A stretch of DNA of 64,000 bases from Eledone cirrhosa (GCA_964016885.1 OZ024743.1:90210001-90274000), one strand, 5' to 3'; numbered from the stretch's first letter, positions 39,012 through 53,278 are shown. The notes: generated from the sequence alone by a model not told the origin. Numbers and translations: made by a program.

Positions 39012-39950
39012 TTTCTTAATATTCTTCCATGCACCATTTCTGATTTATTACCACCTTCACCCTCACCACAACCTCCATCTTTTACCACTACTACCACCAC
39101 TACCACACTACCACCATCACCACTACCATCATCACAACCACCACCACCACAACAACTTCCACCTTTTACCACTATAATCACTTCACCATCACCACCACCA
39201 CTGCCATTACTACTACCACCACTACCACTATTATTACAACTACCACACAACCACTACCACCACCACAACCTCCACCTTTTACCGCTATAATCACTTCACC
39301 ATCACCACCACCACTATCACCACTATCACCACTGCCATTACTACTACCACCACTATTATTACAACTACCACACAACCACTACCACCACCACAACCTCCAC
39401 CTTTTACCGCTATAATCACTTCACCATCACCACCACCACTATCACCACTATCACCACTGCCATTACTACTACCACCACTATTATTACAACTACCACACAA
39501 CCACTACCACCACCATATATTTTCTTATAAAGATTCCCTTTTCCTTTTCCTTCTCCCCAATCTACTTCTTCAGTCTTCAGTCTCTATCTACAATAGTTTT
39601 TACAATAGCAACCCCACCACCACCACTATAATTATATATTTTGTAGGGCAATGGATTAACAGAATCGTTAGTACATCAGATGAAATACATTGCAGTATTT
39701 CATTATGGCTCTCTATGTTTTGGTTTCAAATCCTACATTGGTCAGCTTTGTCTTTCACCCTTCTGGAGTCTTCTTCTTTCTTCTTCTTCTTCTTCTTCTT
39801 CTTCTTCTTCTTCTTCTTCTTCTTCTTTGCCCATTTATTCCTGAGAGGGTCGTTGGAACAGAGTCCTCAAACATTCCTTCCAGCAACTATCTCCAACTGA
39901 TCCGGCTGGATCTCCAAGTGAGACTAGTCAAGCTCATGGTTGTTATCTTG

Positions 39951-40717
39951 TACACTAGGGCCTCAAATAATAGCAGGGTGGGGACAATAAGCAAGGAGGG
40001 GTTGGAATCAGCAGAGGAAGGGTTGAAATAAGCAGGGGAGGGGTTAGAATAAGGGAGGAAATCGATAAGTTTTCTAGGTTGTCTCCATTAATTTTTCAAA
40101 AAACCAGAATTAGTCACTTAGCTAACATATTGAGACTCCAACCCTTCCTATTTATTTTATAACATGTGAGATTTCTTGTAATGTTCTTGTTTTTGTCATG
40201 TATAACGTGTTTTAATGTATAAAGAAAATTAATTGTCACAGGAATACTACCACTTAGAATAAAATTTTGCCTGAAATAGATTCATCATCATTTCATTTTA
40301 CGTCCGCTTTCTCCCTGCTTGCAAGGGTGGGACGGTAACTGATTTTGGCTTGATTTCTACAGCTGGATGCCCTTCCTAACACCAACCTCATTTACAGTGA
40401 GTGCTGGGTGCTTTTTTTGCCGTGGCACCTCCACGACCACTTTGCAGTGGAATGATAGGGACCCCAGTCCCTATCATCTCATTTCTACAGCTGAGTAAAC
40501 TGGAGCAATGTGAAATAAAGTGTCTTGCTCAAGGAAACAACACATCACCCGGTCTGAGAATTGAACTCACAACCTTTCGATTGCAAGGCCAATGCTCTAA
40601 CCACTACGCCATGTGCCTCCATTATCAAAACTTAATAAACAGAGGCAGGGATGTTAAAAAAAATTTGAAAAATTAATAAGCGAGGGATGGGGGACGATTA
40701 TTCGAGACCCGAGAGTA
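39951..40717. mobile_element. Non-autonomous DNA-transposon-like repeat interrupted by a SINE; relatives at about 3170-3513, 16092, 28875-29277 and 48652-48920
   Basis: Shared body (ataggatgggttggggtctcaatatgtaaactaaac) and ends tactctcgggtc(t/c)caaataa / ttattcgagacccgagagta. Confidence 0.6.
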
Positions 40718-40888
40718 GCTAAATTAAAAACCATTCAATGAGGTTGGCAGAATCATTAGAGCATCAAACTAATGCTTTATGGTATTTGTTCCAGCATTCT
40801 GAGTTCAAATCTTGCTGAGATCAACTCTGCATTTTATCTTTACAGGCTCACTAAAATAAAGTACCAGTATTGTCATAGTATCTATATA

Positions 40889-41763
40889 CGAGGTGTGTCA
40901 GTTCCACGACTGATGTCACAAAAGATTTATTTCAAACCCAAACTTCACACTAAGAGTTTTCTCCTTCAATCCCCCTGGAGTATGTAACTGTAATCTTAGC
41001 TCTCTGCAGCGATCAAACTTTTTTCTTCATAATTTTATATACATGTCCTCTGTTTCAGGTCGTCAAGCAATGAGCACAGAGCAACGAACAAACTTGAAGT
41101 TTCTGGTACGGTTGGGGAAAACTCCGTCAGAAGCACTGAGATTGCTGCAGCAAGTGTATGGAGATGAGACGATGTCATTTTCACATGTTTTTGAATGGTG
41201 CAAGATGACCCCAGGAGCGGAAGGCCCTCAACAACCAGGACTGAGGTCAACGTTGAGCGCGTCAGGCAGATGGTGCATAGTGATCGTCGGCTGACTGTTC
41301 GACTGATGGCAAATGAGCTGGGCATGAATCGGGACAGCGACTGGAATATTCTCACTGAAGATTTGGACATGCGGAAAGTCTGCGCGAAGATGGTGCCAAA
41401 ACTGTTGAATGATGACCAGAAGGGTCGACACATGCAAGTGTGCCAGGACATCTTCGAGCGTCTTGAAACCGAACCAGACTTGCTAGCGACAGTCATCACC
41501 AGTGATGAGTCATGGATCTTCGAGTACGACCCAGAGGGGACCCGTTTTGAAGATGTGGACGACATGAAAAAGGCTGTGACGACGGAATTGCAGAGGATCC
41601 CGGAAGAATCCTTCCAGGAGTGCATGCAAGCGTGGCAAAAAAGGATGGAAAAGTGCATTAGACTCCAGGGGGATTACTTTGAAGGAGAAAACTCTTAGTA
41701 TGAAGTTTGGGTTTGAAATAAATCTTTTGTGACATCAGTCCTGGAGCTTTTCTGACACACCTC

Positions 41764-41764
<1 letters not shown>
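40889..41764 (+). mobile_element. Internally deleted mariner DNA transposon with TA TSD and about 95-bp TIRs
   Basis: TA|cgaggtgtgtcag...ctgacacacctcg|TA; transposase remnants EQRTNLKF, DDPRSGRP, KMVPKLL, ITSDESWIFEYDPE and GDYFEG; frameshift near 41195; catalytic middle deleted. Confidence 0.93.
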
Positions 41765-41822
<58 letters not shown>

Positions 41823-42169
41823 CTGACCTCTGGCGACACAGGACCGTGACCTCTGGCATCATGCAGTAATACAGAAGATCCAACTTCCCACGGGAACAAG
41901 CTGAAGCCGAAGCATATAGGCAATATGCCCCCATCCCCTCCCACTGCAAAGTGATCATGGAGGTAGCACGACAAAAAAGCACCCAGTACTCACTGTAAAT
42001 GAGGTTGGTGTTAGGAAGGGCATCCAGCTGTAGAAATCAAGCCAAAATCAGTTCCCGTATGAGCAAGACAAGGTCAGCCAACCTAACATTGCCCACAACA
42101 GGACAACCCATCTAACCCATGCTAGCATGGAAGAATCGACGTAGAATGGTGATGATGATGATGATGATG

Positions 42170-42210
<41 letters not shown>

Positions 42211-42216
<6 letters not shown>

Positions 42217-42834
42217 ATGCTTTGGGAGGGTCATGTTGCCAATAAGAAACGCACGCACCAGTTGCTTTTACTCCAATTTATTATAAATTAAATTTATAAA
42301 TTTCCGGTTGGTTGGTTGGTTCCATAACCGGATAGTTGTTCATATATTGTCAAAGTTCTTTCGTCACACATTCTGTGACCTCTTCAGTGACTGGGGATTA
42401 TTTTCTTTGTTTTTGTGCCTCTCCTTTATTCTGTCCTACGCCATCTTGTTTTTGTGTGTGTTGCCTGCTTAGTTTGCGCATGTGTTGAACTAAGCAGGTA
42501 AACTAAGCAGGCAACACACACAAAAACAAGATGGCGTAGGACAGAACAAAGGAGAGGCACAAAAACAAAGAAAAGAATCCCCAGTCACTGAAGATGTCAC
42601 AGAATGTGTGACGAAAGAACTTTGACAATATATGAACAACCGTCCGGTTATGGAACCAACCAACCGGAAATTTATAAATTCTTAAATTTATAAATTTAAT
42701 TTATAATAAATTGGAGTGAAAATAACTGGTGCGTGTGTTTCTTATTGGCAACATGACCCTCCCAAGGTATAACAATATCGGTTTCAACACACGTTTTCAG
42801 ATAAAGAATCTTGCTAAACAAATTCAGAAACGAA
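42211..42834. mobile_element. Fold-back pLTR-like element (about 275-bp arms), one hammerhead per arm, flanked by (TA)n
   Basis: 42211-42474 is the reverse complement of 42501-42776; same family at 57389-57980. Confidence 0.85.
42584..42626 (+). ncRNA. Hammerhead ribozyme-like motif; an inverted copy lies at 42349-42391
   Basis: GUCA CUGAAGA (u/g) gucaca gaaug ugugac GAA AG aa CU U UGAC; one extra nucleotide before stem II. Confidence 0.65.
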
Positions 42835-44089
42835 ATATATATATATATATAACAATCTCTCTATATCTCTCTATCTCTCTGTCTTCCTCTAGAAGACATT
42901 GGTTGTGTTCAAGCCTGAAGAAGAGATGAGATTCTGCATTTCATCTTTCAAGGGTCAATAAAATAAAATACCAGTAATGTCCTATGGCATCTATCTATCT
43001 ATCTCCTTCTCTGGAAGAAATTGTCTCTATTCAGGCCTGGAGCACTGCCAAGTTTAAAATGCCCAAGACAGGTTGTATGTCACAACAGTATGTCACAACA
43101 GTATGTCACAACAGTGACCCTATAACCTCACCAGGAATTACAGGTCCATACATACAAAATATGTATAATTGACTTTCTCCTTTCACCAAAAAAAATTGTT
43201 GGCTTTGTGCCAAAATTAGAAACCATTATTATATATTTCCTTTGTTGTTCAATCTGCCATCAATCTTCTTATATTTCTTTGTAATAAAATTCTTCCTCCA
43301 TTTTAGTTTAACATCCAGTTATTCTCTATTCTAATGTTTATATCCAATTTCAAGCTCCACTCATTCATCAAACTGGAAGATTCTAGAAAATGCACATTTA
43401 AACAGCTCAAATAATCACTGTATCATAATGATAATAAGTCTTCTTCTTCTTTCTCTTTTATTTTTCTACATCCTCGTCCACTTCTTATTCTTCCTCCTTC
43501 TTCTCTTCTTCCTCCTCATCCTCTCCCTCTCCTCCCTTTACTTAAGTTTCTTTGGACCTCCTATGGAGTATTGGGGGACAAGAGACTTCCATCCCAGGCC
43601 TTCCACCTCAGGTCATGACAAGTCAGCCTTACTGCCTAAGCTCTCGCTCCCCTCTTCACTTCTAGTTTCCAGTTAATTCTATTCACAAATTTTTACAGCG
43701 AATATACAATAGTAAATATAGAGTAATTGAAATTCTAAAGGGTTAGGAAGAAATCAACTATTGCCACCTGGAAAGGGATGTTTAAAATGTGTACCCTGTA
43801 AGATGGTCATGCTGGTGACATGACAAAAAAAACCCAGTCCACCCTGTAAGGTGGTTGTGTTGGTGTTAGGAAGAGCATTCAGTCGTAGATACCTAGGTAA
43901 AATACAGATCCCTATGAACATGACTTGTCTCATAACGTGACAACCTGTCTAACCCATGCAAGTGGGGGAAAATGGACGTTACACAATGAAAATCATGATG
44001 ATGATGATGATGATGCCACATGTTAGGACAGTGACCCTACAACTCCATTAACAGTTAAATGCCTTTTATGTATATTTATTTATCGACCA

Positions 44090-44426
44090 AGCATAGATAA
44101 GTTGAGAAAGAAACTGGGTATAAGAGGGATAAGTTGTGGTGTGCAGGAGAGAAGACTGAGATGGTATGGACATGTGATGCACATGGAGGATGACTGCTGG
44201 GTAAAGAAGTGCCAAGAAATGCCAGTAGAAGGAAGACAGTAGAAGTAGACCACGAAAAACATGGGTGGGGGTGGTGAGAGCAGACCTCAGATCGCTGAAA
44301 CTCACCGAGGAGATGATGAAGGACCGTGACAAGTGGAGAGATGCTGTGCTGAATAGGACCCATCCCACCCTTGCAAGCAACGAAAAGAGTACGTAAAATG
44401 ATGATGATGATGATGATGATGATGAT
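44090..44426 (+). mobile_element. RTE LINE 3' end with (GAT)n tail
   Basis: EKRLRWYGHVMHMEDDCWVKKC..RPRKTW..DRDKWRDAV; shorter copies at about 27978-28090 and 29835-29915. Confidence 0.85.
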
Positions 44427-44611
44427 ATTTTGACAAAAGTCAGAGAGGCTAAAGGTCAACCTTACAAGTGTGGAGGTTATGAGTTCAAAGCCTAGGCTAC
44501 CACAGTTGTGTTCCTCCTCTAGACATGTCATATGATTCATTACAGTCTGACCAGTTCAGTACAACATAATCTATCAGTGTACAAACTGATGAGTCATGGT
44601 GATGCAATAAA

Positions 44612-46256
44612 GTCATCACTACCATCACCACCATCACAATCATCACCACCATCATTACCATCACCACCATCACTACCATCACTACTGTCACCACCAGCAC
44701 CATCATCCCAGTCATCATCACCACCATCACAATCACCATCACAATCACCATCACCACCATCACAATCATCACCACCATCATCATCATCACCACCTTCACC
44801 ACCATCACCATCATCATAATCATCATCACCACCTTCACCACCATCACCATCATCATAATCATCATTACCAGCACTATAACCACCACCATCATCATAATCA
44901 TCATTACCAGCACCACCACCATCACCATCATCATAATCATCAATACCAGCAGCATCACCATCATCATAATCATCATTACCAGCACTATAACCATCACCAT
45001 CATCATAATCATCATTACCAGCACTATAACCACCACCATCATCATAATCATCATTACCAGCACCACCACCATCACCAGCATCATAATCATCACCACCACC
45101 ACCATCACCATCATCATAATCATCATTACCACCACCACCACCATCATCATAATCATCATCACCAGCACTATAACCATCACCATCATCATAATCATCATCA
45201 CCACCACCACCACCACCATCATCATAATCATCATTACCAGCACTATAACCATCACCATCATCATAATCATCATCACCACCACCACCACCACCATCATAAT
45301 CATCATCACCACCACCACCACCATCATCATAATCATCATCACCAGCACTATAACCATCACCATCATCATAATCATCACCACCACCACCACCACCATCATC
45401 ATAATCATCATCACCAGCACTATAACCATCACCATCATCATAATCATCATCACCACCACCATCACCATCATCATAATCATCATCACCACCACCACCACCA
45501 TCATCATAATCATCATTACCAGCACTATAACCACCACCATCATCATAATCATCATCACCACCACCACCACCATCACCATCATCATAATCATCATTACCAG
45601 CACTATAACCATCACCATCATCATAATCATCATCACCAGCAACACAACCATCACCATCATCATAATCATCATTACCAGCACTATAACCATCACCATCATC
45701 ATAATCATCATCACCACCACCACCACCACCATCATAATCATCATCACCACCACCACCACCATCATCATAATCATCATCACCAGCACTATAACCATCACCA
45801 TCATCATAATCATCACCACCACCACCACCACCATCATCATAATCATCATCACCAGCACTATAACCATCACCATCATCATAATCATCATCACCACCACCAT
45901 CACCATCATCATAATCATCATCACCACCACCACCACCATCATCATAATCATCATTACCAGCACTATAACCACCACCATCATCATAATCATCATCACCACC
46001 ACCACCACCATCACCATCATCATAATCATCATCACCAGCAACACAACCATCACCATCATCATAATCATCATTACCAGCAACACAACCATCACCATCATCA
46101 TAATCATCATTACCAGCACCACCACCATCACCATAATCATCACCACCACCACCATCACCATCATCATAATCATCATTACCAGCACCACCACCATCACCAG
46201 CATCATAATCATCAATACCAGCAGCATCACCATCACCATAATCATCATTACCAGCA
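44612..46256. repeat. (ATC/ACC)n-based minisatellite with 30-39-bp units
   Basis: Unit like accatcatcataatcatcattaccagcactata. Confidence 0.95.
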
Positions 46257-46458
46257 ACTTTTAACAAAATTTAATAAGGAAGGTGGTCGGAATAAGAGCG
46301 GAGGAGAGGTGGAAAAAAATCTGAAAAATGAATGAGCGGTGTGTGACAATTATTCCAGACCTGAGTGTGTATAACTTCCTGTTATGGTTTAGCAGGAAAT
46401 ATATAAAAAAAAACATAGCGGCGATGAATTTGTTTTGCAAGGTTTTTATATGAAATTG

Positions 46459-46790
46459 TGTGGAGGCACATGGCTTAGTGGTTAGAGCAGTGGCCTTGCA
46501 ATCGAAAGGTTGTGAGTTCAATTCTCAGACCGGGTGATGTGTTGTTTCCTTGAGCAAGACACTTTATTTCACATTGCTCCAGTTTCCTCAGATGTAGAAA
46601 TGAGATGATAGGGACTGGGGTCCCTATCATTCTACTGCAAAGTGGTCGTGGAGGTGCCACGGCAAAAAAGCACCCAGCAGTAACTGTAAATGGGGTTGGT
46701 GTTAGGAAGGGCATCCAGCTGTAGAAATCAAGCCAGAATCTGTTCCCATCCCACCCTTGCAAGCAGGGAAAAGCGGACGTAAAATGAAAA
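46459..46790 (+). mobile_element. tRNA/CORE-type SINE with RTE-derived tail (representative copy)
   Basis: tggcttagtggttagagc...gagttcaattc, then ccttgagcaagacactttatttcac, gttaggaagggcatccagc and the tail cccacccttgcaagcagggaaaagcggacgtaaaatga. Other copies at 22215-22590 (+), 40285-40620 (-) and 52730-53055 (-). Confidence 0.88.
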
Positions 46791-48190
46791 ATGAATATAT
46801 GTGTCTTGAAACAAATTTTGTTATATTTGGGGAGTCATGTTATAATATTGTTTCTACTTTTGGCACAAGGCCAGCAATCATCCCAGTGCATTACTGGTAC
46901 TTTATTTTATCGACCCTGCAAGGATGAAAGGCAAAGTTAACCTCGGCGGGATTTGAACTCAGATCGTAAAGGTCCGTAACTCCATGCTGCAAACCATGGC
47001 GTCCGACCCTCATGTTATAATATTGCCAGAAATATATAGTAAAACACACTCACTCTTTGGTTTGTAGTAAATTTATTAGTGGACAGATTATTGTAAAATT
47101 TTGCAGTATTAGAGTAAAATAAAAACTTTATTTTAATTGTTTCTACGTTTGGCACAAGGCCAGCAATTACCCAGTGCATTACTGGTACTTTATTTTATTG
47201 ACCCCGTAAGGATGAAAGGCAAAGTTAACCTCGGCGGAATTTGAACTCAGAATGGCAAGGGCCGTAACTCTATACGTCAAAGCATGGCATCCGACCCTCT
47301 ACCAATACTGCCAATCTACCGCCCTAAAGACTTTATTTTAATGTGATGCAGTTATAGTACTGTTTTGTACTTTCCAAGAGTGTCTTACTAATAAAGTGCT
47401 GTCATGTGACACTGGATGTTAAAAATTAAACATGTGTGTGTCTATCTGTTCTGTGTGTATGTGTGTGCACGTGTGTGTGTGTGTGTGCTTGTGTGGGTAT
47501 GTATGTGTATATGTGTGCACATGTGTGTATGTGTGTCTGTATATTTGTATGTGTACATGCATGTGTGTGCACATGTGTGTGTACGTGTGTGCATGTGTGT
47601 GCACATATGTTTCAGTGTATGTGTGCATGCATATGTGTGTGCACATGTGTGCATGTGTGTCTGTGTATGCATGTGTGTATATGTGCACATGTATGTGTGT
47701 GTCTGTGTGTTCATGCATGTATATATGTGTGTGTGTGTGTGTGTGTGACTTATGCATGCATGGTCCCCTAACTCCTGAGAGAGACGTAGGGGCACTGTAG
47801 CATTCCTAGGGCATTTTTCAGCCTGGCAGAGCCCAAACCTCTTCACGTCTGAATACAGCAGATTTCTTCCAGAGAAGGGTAGAGAGTGAGAGAAAGAAAG
47901 TGAGAAAGAGATATAGAGGAAGAATTGACCCCAGTACAAGACTGGTACTTTTTTTATCGACCTTGAATAGATGAAAGGCAAAGCTGAACTCGACGGGAGT
48001 TGAACTTAAAGAGCAGAGAGTTGAAATGAATACAGCAAAGCATTCTATCTGACATTCTAATGATTCTGCCAATTTACTGCCTGTATTGTGTGACTTATAT
48101 CACATTTATATATCGTTGACTCTTAAATATTCTGATTAAACATAAAAACAAAACAAAAAAAAATCAATAAACTGATTAATTCTAACTTAC

Positions 48191-48231
48191 AGAGTTTCAG
48201 TGAGTTCAGAAGATCCATCGTAGGTTGAAAC
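48191..48231 (-). other. Candidate upstream exon (possibly 5'UTR) of the anoctamin gene
   Basis: ctctttcttgcctag| 41 nt |gtaagt in non-repetitive sequence; splice signals only, no homology support. Confidence 0.25.
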
Positions 48232-49922
48232 CTAGGCAAGAAAGAGGTAATCCATTTATTGAACTCTGCTTATGTTAAAGAACATTAAAGACAACATATA
48301 GTACTGGGGGTTATCTCTGTCATAGGGTCAGCATCAATAAACTGGGACCTGGAGAATAGAACAAAAAAATGGAAAATATCACTATTAATTCATTGAAGAA
48401 GAAGAAGAATATTCAAGAAGTTAACAGAGTGTACTGGGTGCACTTATTGTGTAAAATTACCAATACTCACTGGGACCTGGAGAATAGAACAAATATGGAA
48501 AATATTACTACTGACTCATTGAAGTAAAATAATATTGAAGAAGTTTACAGAGTGTACTGGGATCATTCATTATGTAAAATGACCAACACAGGAGAATTCT
48601 TCAGCTATGTCAAAGACTTGCACATATACATCCTCTCAAGTGTTAATGATTTACTCTCAGGTCCCAAATAAAAGGGGGAGTGGAATAAGTGGGGGAGGGG
48701 GGGGGGGACATTTGTTGGAAGGGGGAAAATCGGTAATTGTATAGTGTACGTTCGTAAATATGAGATTTCTTGTAATGTTCTTTTTTTGTCATATATAATG
48801 TTTTTTTAATGTAAAATAAAATTATTAGATTCTCCAGCTGCTGTATCGATATGAATAACTTACAATAACATTTCACCAGAGATAGATTAGCAAACTTTAA
48901 TAAGTGGGGCAGGGGGAAGTACACATTAAACACACTCAGTATACTGTGTAAAATTGTTGGTGATAAGAAGAGCATCCAGTCATAGAAAACCTGCCACACA
49001 AAGGGCTGAAAGGACTCTTCAGCTTTGTCAAAGACATGACATCTTCTCTCGTATTGGTGATTGATATGATAAAGGCATACAATAGACTCTATAAAGTGGT
49101 TAGAGATAGAAAAGGCATCCAGCCATAGAAAACCTGTCAAAGAAAGAGTTTGGAGGACTTTTCAGCTGTGACAAACACATGACACCCTCCCTAGTGCTGG
49201 TGTCACAATAAAGTGTACTCAGTAGTGCACCAGATGGTATGTCAGATGCAGGCCACCAGCCCGTCTGAGCACTCAGGAGTGCAGGAATAGATTATGATGG
49301 TGGTGGTGGTGGTGGTGGTGATGATGATGATGATGAATGTGGTGGTGGTGGTGCAGATGGTGGTGATGACAATGATGATGGTGGTGGTGGTGGTGTTGCT
49401 GCTGCTGATGATGAAGTTTATGATGTTGCTGTTGTTGGTCCTCCATCAGTTCCAACGATGACTGTTCCTGTTGTTCTATCAATATGTCTGCATGTTTATG
49501 CAACTAACATGCAAGTAGTTGATTATGACATAGACTTGTCTACCCTTAACATAATTCTCAGACAAATTCATCATAACACAGCATGTGACAAGGCTGGCCC
49601 TTTTGAATTACAGAAACAACTTATTTTTCCAACTGAATGGACTGGAGTAATGTGAAATAAAGTGTTTTGCTCAAGCACACAATTCTCAGCCAGGAATTGA
49701 ACTCACAGCTTTACAATCACAAGGCAAACACTCTAACCACTATTGGCAGTATCGGTAGAGGGTCGGACGCCATGCTTTCCAGCATAGTTACGTCCCTTTA
49801 TGATCTGAGTTCAAATCCCGCCGAGGTTGACTTTGCCTTTCATCCTTACGGGGTCGATAAAATAAAGTACCAGTAATGCACTGGGTGATTGCTGGCCTTG
49901 TGCCTAAAGTAGAAACAATTAA

Positions 49923-50136
49923 CCCTTTAGCATTTACATTACTCTACATTTACTATTATATTTTCATAGTAAAGTCTTTATCTTAGATAATTATCTCACA
50001 CAATATGGAATCTGTGAGATTTTGATATCATTTATTTTGAAAAGAATACCTTAATGCCAGTATGAGAAGCTGGTTATCGCTGGTTTGAACAGAAAGAGGT
50101 GAGAGAATTCTGACCAGATACAACCGGTTTAAAGGG
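49923..50136. mobile_element. piggyBac-like MITE
   Basis: TTAA|cccttta...taaaggg|TTAA; related fragments at about 13400-13560 and 50190-50340. Confidence 0.7.
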
Positions 50137-50364
50137 TTAAACATCAAATACCCATCTTTGATCTTTTGTATGGCGTCACCCACCCAACCCTTTACCCTTT
50201 ACATTACTCTATATTTACTATTATATTTTCACACTTAAGACTTTACCTCACATAATTATCTCAAGTAATATCGAATCTGTGATTTTGATATTATTTATTT
50301 TGAGAACAATAGCTTTACATAAGTATGAGCAGCTGGTTATGGCGACAATATGCAGACGACTTGC

Positions 50365-51040
50365 TGGCCTTTCTGAGGACTTTCTGGACAAGAGATCGAG
50401 ACACCATGTTGACACTATGGAGGACATTTGTCCTAAGCCGCCTGGACTACTGCTCCCAGTTGTGGTCACCCATAGTGTCAAACTAACCACGGAGCTTGAG
50501 GCAATCCAGCGAAGCTACACCAAGAGGATTGCCAAGATGAGGGAGACAAGCTACTGGGAGAGGCTAAAGGAACTGAACCTCTACTCCTTGGAACGAAGAC
50601 GGGAGAGATACACAGTGATCTACATGTGGAAAATCCTGGAGGGACTAGCACCAAACTTTGGCATTCGGAGCTGGACCAACCATCGAACAGGACGTCACTG
50701 TGTGGTGACAAAGGTCCCGTCTTCCACATCTAGAATAAGGAGCAGGTATTGCAATAGCCTGGGATTCAAGGGCCCTCAACTCTTCAACAGGCTGCCGAGG
50801 GATCTGAGAGATTTGCATGACGTGGAGGTGGATGTCTTCAAGAAACATCTGGACACCTTGTTATCCAGGATCCCGGATGAGCCCACAGCAAGGCATGAGG
50901 GAAACCTAAGGGCAGCAGCAACAAACTCCCTCTTACACCGGTGGCCAACCTATACAGGCTGGAGATAAAATGTGTAGCAACAAGGGCGGTGCCCCAGCAT
51001 GGCCTCAGCCGGATGGCTTAAACAGGTAAAAGAGTAAAAG
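50365..51040 (+). mobile_element. CR1-group LINE 3' fragment
   Basis: LDYCSQLWS (shifted frame), LEAIQRSYTKRI, SYWERLKELNLYSLERRRERY, GPQLFNRLP, IPDEP. Confidence 0.85.
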
Positions 51041-51074
51041 AGTATATATATATATGTATATGTATATATATATG

Positions 51075-51189
<115 letters not shown>

Positions 51190-51379
51190 GTATATGTATA
51201 TATATGTATATATATGTATATATATATATGTATATGTATATATATGTATATATATAGTATATATATATATGTATATATATATGTATATATATGTATATGT
51301 ATATGTATTTATATATATATATGTATATATATATGTATATATATATATGTATATATGTATGTATATATGTATATATATG

Positions 51380-51422
<43 letters not shown>

Positions 51423-51627
51423 CTAAGGCGGGTAAAATTCCCGAGATCCATGGACGAGTTCTCTCCAGCGGTCTCTGTCCCTCATTATCGCTGCCATGTC
51501 CTGCATCTCCAACAGACCAGTGTCTGTCCTTAGGGCATCAACATACGTTAACCTTGGTCTTCCTCTTCTAGTGTGTCCATGTAGGGGCTCCCAAAGGAGT
51601 ACTGAGTGCAATGTCAACTCTGGATGT
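51423..51627 (-). mobile_element. Short RTE-like LINE 3' remnant
   Basis: [28 protein letters not shown]. Confidence 0.7.
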
Positions 51628-51668
51628 CTATATATATATGTGTATATATGTATATATATATATATGTG

Positions 51669-51717
<49 letters not shown>

Positions 51718-51817
51718 GTATATATATATGTATATCTATATATATATGTATATATATATATGTATATGTATATGTATATATATATGTATATATATATATA
51801 TGTATATGTATATGTAT

Positions 51818-51863
<46 letters not shown>

Positions 51864-53070
51864 GTATATATATGTATATATATATATATATGTATATATA
51901 TATGTATATATATGTATATATATATATATATGTATATATATATGTATATATATGTATATATATATATGTATGTATATATATATATATGTATATACATACA
52001 TATATATATGTATATATATATACATATATATACATATATATATATACATATATATGTATGTATATATATGTATCCCATGTATCCCAGTACAACCTGTACC
52101 ATGGTCAGGTTGTTGGCGACTAAACTGGCAACCCCACCAAGGTTTCTTGGTGAGGAGGGTGACTTTGGACATCCTGCAGGACTAAAAACAAAACCTGTCA
52201 AAGGGCAAAAGAGCTCTTAAGAGTCAATGGCCATCCAAAATCACCGGGAGAGGTGACCCCTTAGCCTTTGTCATAGGCAGAATTCTAGGAGAAGGAAAAT
52301 TCTGATATAACACCTGCAACCCTGATGGTATCCAATGATGTTGACTTGTTCTTCTTTTTGGTAAATATCATCTTGGTTAAGAGAGTGGGACTGGCTTTGT
52401 GCAGTGCCTTTGCTCACTATAAAAGCTTCACGGCACAGGCATTGCTTTATATCTGGAGATCTCTCTGCACTTGTCGTCACATGGTACCATGGGCCCAGCA
52501 CTATGTGTCAATAATTGTCACAAGTGTAGTATTTGTACCAGAGTTTTCAAGTCGCTGGCTGGACTGAAAAGTCACACTCGTTCAGCGTATCGGTAGGGGT
52601 TCTCCTACATGGATATAAAGTAGTGGCCGTACTCGAAAACGAGTTGGCAGGTACCATATATATGTGTATATATAAATGTGTGTATATATATATGTGTATT
52701 TATATATGTGTATTTTTTCATTTTTCATTTCATTTTACGTCCGCTTTCCCTGCTTGCAAGCGTGGGACGGGAACTGATTCTAGCTTGATTTCTACAGCTG
52801 GATGCCGTTCCTAACACCAACCTCATTTACAGTGAGTGCTGGGTGCTTTTTTGCCGTGGCACCTACACGACCACTTTACAGTGGAATGATAGGGACCCCA
52901 GTCCCAATCATCTCATTTCTACAGCTGAGTAAACTGGAGCAATGTGAAATAAAGTGTCTTGCTCAAGAAAACAACACATCACCTGGTCCGAGAATTGAAC
53001 TCACAACCTTTCGATTGCAAGGCCAATGCTCTAACCACAAAGCCATGTGCCTCCAACAAGTGTGTGTATG

Positions 53071-53132
<62 letters not shown>

Positions 53133-53187
53133 TGTATATATATATATATATGTGTGTATATATATATGTGTATATATATATATGTAT

Positions 53188-53278
<91 letters not shown>

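Noticed and set aside
44497-46267. 557-aa Gly/Asp/Tyr ORF resembling a biomineralisation protein
   Set aside because: ATC/ACC minisatellite with a parallel Met/Val frame also open; no signal peptide or exon boundaries; expression data would be needed to revive it
46459-46535. tRNA gene
   Set aside because: The tRNA-like head runs straight into SINE body sequence and is multi-copy; it is a SINE promoter region, not a tRNA
49273-49503. Gln/His-rich ORF as a possible anoctamin first exon
   Set aside because: Mostly triplet repeat, ends in a stop, and has no convincing donor
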